Assembly (NCBI RefSeq): GCF_001194135.2
Contig: NC_068984.1
Coordinates: forward strand, 38,198,347-38,262,346
DNA length: 64,000 nt
Direction of reading: 5' to 3'
Origin: Octopus bimaculoides
Lineage: Eukaryota
The stretch's first letter is position 1. Each line of letters opens with the position of its first letter. Shown here in pieces: positions 62,301 to 64,000 of the stretch. The notes beneath the pieces were generated by a model. The model was not told the DNA's origin. It saw only the letters and a list, made by a program, of their open reading frames with translations, and did no database searches. The translations under genes were made by a program, and so were the position numbers.

Positions 62301-62479
62301 AGAGTCTACAAGGCAAACAGAGAAACAATGTCATTTCTCACCTGAATGTGATATACTTACAGGGAATGGTTATGTTAATGCATTGATGTGATTTTAAGAG
62401 TGACTTGAGTAAAGGAAGTAGGCTAGATCGGTTGATAATTAGTGTAGTATAAAATTGAATACAAAGAAGGAAAGAAATT

Positions 62480-62890
62480 GGATTGAGATTTTAAGTGCGC
62501 TAAAAGCACCATTGTTAGAAGGCTAGAATGTATTTTAGTGGATATTTATCAAAAGTATATTTGGATTATTGGTCTGTTTCATTAAGAAACATATCCAAAC
62601 GAAAATGCTACAAAAGCAAAAAATAGGGGTAATGACTGTGCGATCAGTATCCCTTAAGGCGTACGCTACACAGGATTACAAATTAGTCATTTAAATGCAT
62701 AAAAGAAACAGGATAAAGTATGAAGATTGTACCTATTGCTTTTGGGTGCTTAGAAGGAACATTGACTGAAGTTGAGTAAAGTAGTTAAAAACAGGGGAGT
62801 GGTTGATAAAGAGCATATACAGATGCAGATGACTGTGCTTTGAATAAGTGAAACAGACACTATTCAGGATTATGCAAACAGAATGGATTT
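62480..62890 (+). mobile_element. Second degenerate R4-like restriction-like-endonuclease fragment
   Basis: WDFK...IVRRLECILVD...WII...MKIVPIAFGCL...IQMQMTVL resembles ARRPD.VVVD / IID / IVPIVIGALG / MQK..LL. Confidence 0.45.
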
Positions 62891-63663
62891 CCTTGTTCTT
62901 AGGAGCTAACATATTGTTGATAGCCTGCACATTGAGCTTTTACTAAATAGTAGCAACAGCAAAAGCAAAAATATTGAATTTCTTTACTAGCCAATTATAA
63001 AATAATAACAATAATACTTTAGAATAAAGAACAATGTAAGATAAAGTAAAGTTTAAAAGTAGCCAGAGAGGAAGGACATATGCCAAAGCCAGAAATAAAT
63101 GCCATATCAACAATCTGATGGATGTCTCACCTGAATCTAAAAATTGTTTTTTTTAGAGATTTGATAAGAGATGGTGATTTAAAACATAAGATGCTTTTTA
63201 TAGGTTGGCTGTTGAGATAAACAAAGACAATAACTATGGACTGTCTGTAAAAGCTGAGTTAAAGAAATCTAAAATATTAAGAAAATAGTTACAAGGTAGA
63301 AGTGATGTTAGAAGAGCCAGGGGTTAGAGAGCTGGCTTGTTTTTCTAGTTGCCATCAAAATTGAATCTCTTAGCTTGTACTGAGTGGAGTGATGAAGAAC
63401 AGGTAATTTATGTTTTTCTTTATGAGCTCCCTAGAACTACTTGGAGTGCGATTACATTAACCAACCAAGATAAGGCTAAATTATTTTGTTATTCACTTAT
63501 TCACAGATAAGTTATTTCAGTGAATGAGAAATATAATGCATCAGGGAAAAATAGGGTTATTAACAAAATGATAAAGTCATTCAATGATGAAGGAGATGTC
63601 GTATGGTCGAAGAAAATGAGATTACAATGAAATTGCAGTAAGTGCAGCTATTGCAAATTTTAG

Positions 63664-63731
63664 GGACAACTGATGCCCTCTATGTTTTGGCCAAAGCCCA
63701 GACACGGTTTGAATTCATCTTCACAAATTTG
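63664..63731 (+). CDS. BBS5: Internal coding exon of Bardet-Biedl syndrome 5 protein (BBSome subunit)
   Basis: Bounded by ttttag| and |gtaagt. The phase-1 frame reads (G)[22 protein letters not shown], matching the BBS5 segment [24 protein letters not shown] as I recall it (10-residue exact match [10 protein letters not shown], one residue shorter). Confidence 0.85.
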
Positions 63732-64000
63732 GTAAGTGTAATTGCAAGTTTCCTTCTGTTGCTCCTGGACCCTAAACGTCATCTCAAGCTCCCCTTACCC
63801 CAGCACCATTCACAGAAAAAAAAAGTCATATAATAATACAGGAGATAACACAGTTTTCTTTTGAAAGGCAACTTGTGTGAGATTCTAAATAAACAGAAAA
63901 GCCTTTTGCTTGGCCGCCTCCATGCTATTGGTCAGTTGACAGTAGCTGAATGGAAGCCACAAGAACCACAGAAACAGTTTAACAGTTGTCCATTCCTGCT

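Noticed and set aside
63349-63402. 54-nt exon candidate LPSKLNLLACTEWSDEEQ as the exon upstream of BBS5
   Set aside because: No similarity to BBS5, ends in phase 0 while the BBS5 exon needs phase 1, and lies among degenerate LINE fragments.

Overview
AT-rich, repeat-dense eukaryotic DNA with scaffold gaps (N runs at about 14331-14794, 25153-25162, 32154-32642, 40937-41258, 45690-45773, 49133-49142 and 58954-59088). The SINE/LINE families and the long V7 region of an 18S fragment point to an octopus-type cephalopod genome (inference). Nearly all ORFs in the supplied track are microsatellite or gap artefacts. The only host coding sequence I can name is one spliced exon of BBS5 at 63664-63731 (+); I could not find its upstream exons. 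The rest is largely a transposon graveyard. It holds two Penelope-like fragments, RTE, R4-like, Hero-like and CR1/L2-like LINE fragments, a gypsy integrase tail, two mariner and two DD37D/maT-like relics, a Tigger/pogo fragment, a Charlie/Buster-type hAT transposase relic with a hAT MITE inside it, a Merlin-like MITE with a telomere-like core, and several SINE families. It also carries a decayed 18S rRNA pseudogene. CpG is abundant from 1 to about 11.5 kb and strongly depleted beyond, suggesting a long methylated + strand gene body starting near 11.2 kb. The most unusual structures are a nested palindrome whose hairpin loop is flipped (12091-12820), an inverted duplication ending exactly at a hAT MITE terminus (17097-18010), a ~520 bp imperfect hairpin (55241-55765) and a candidate 12-nt microexon. 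I found no convincing new multi-gene system and no CRISPR array or intact tRNA gene.
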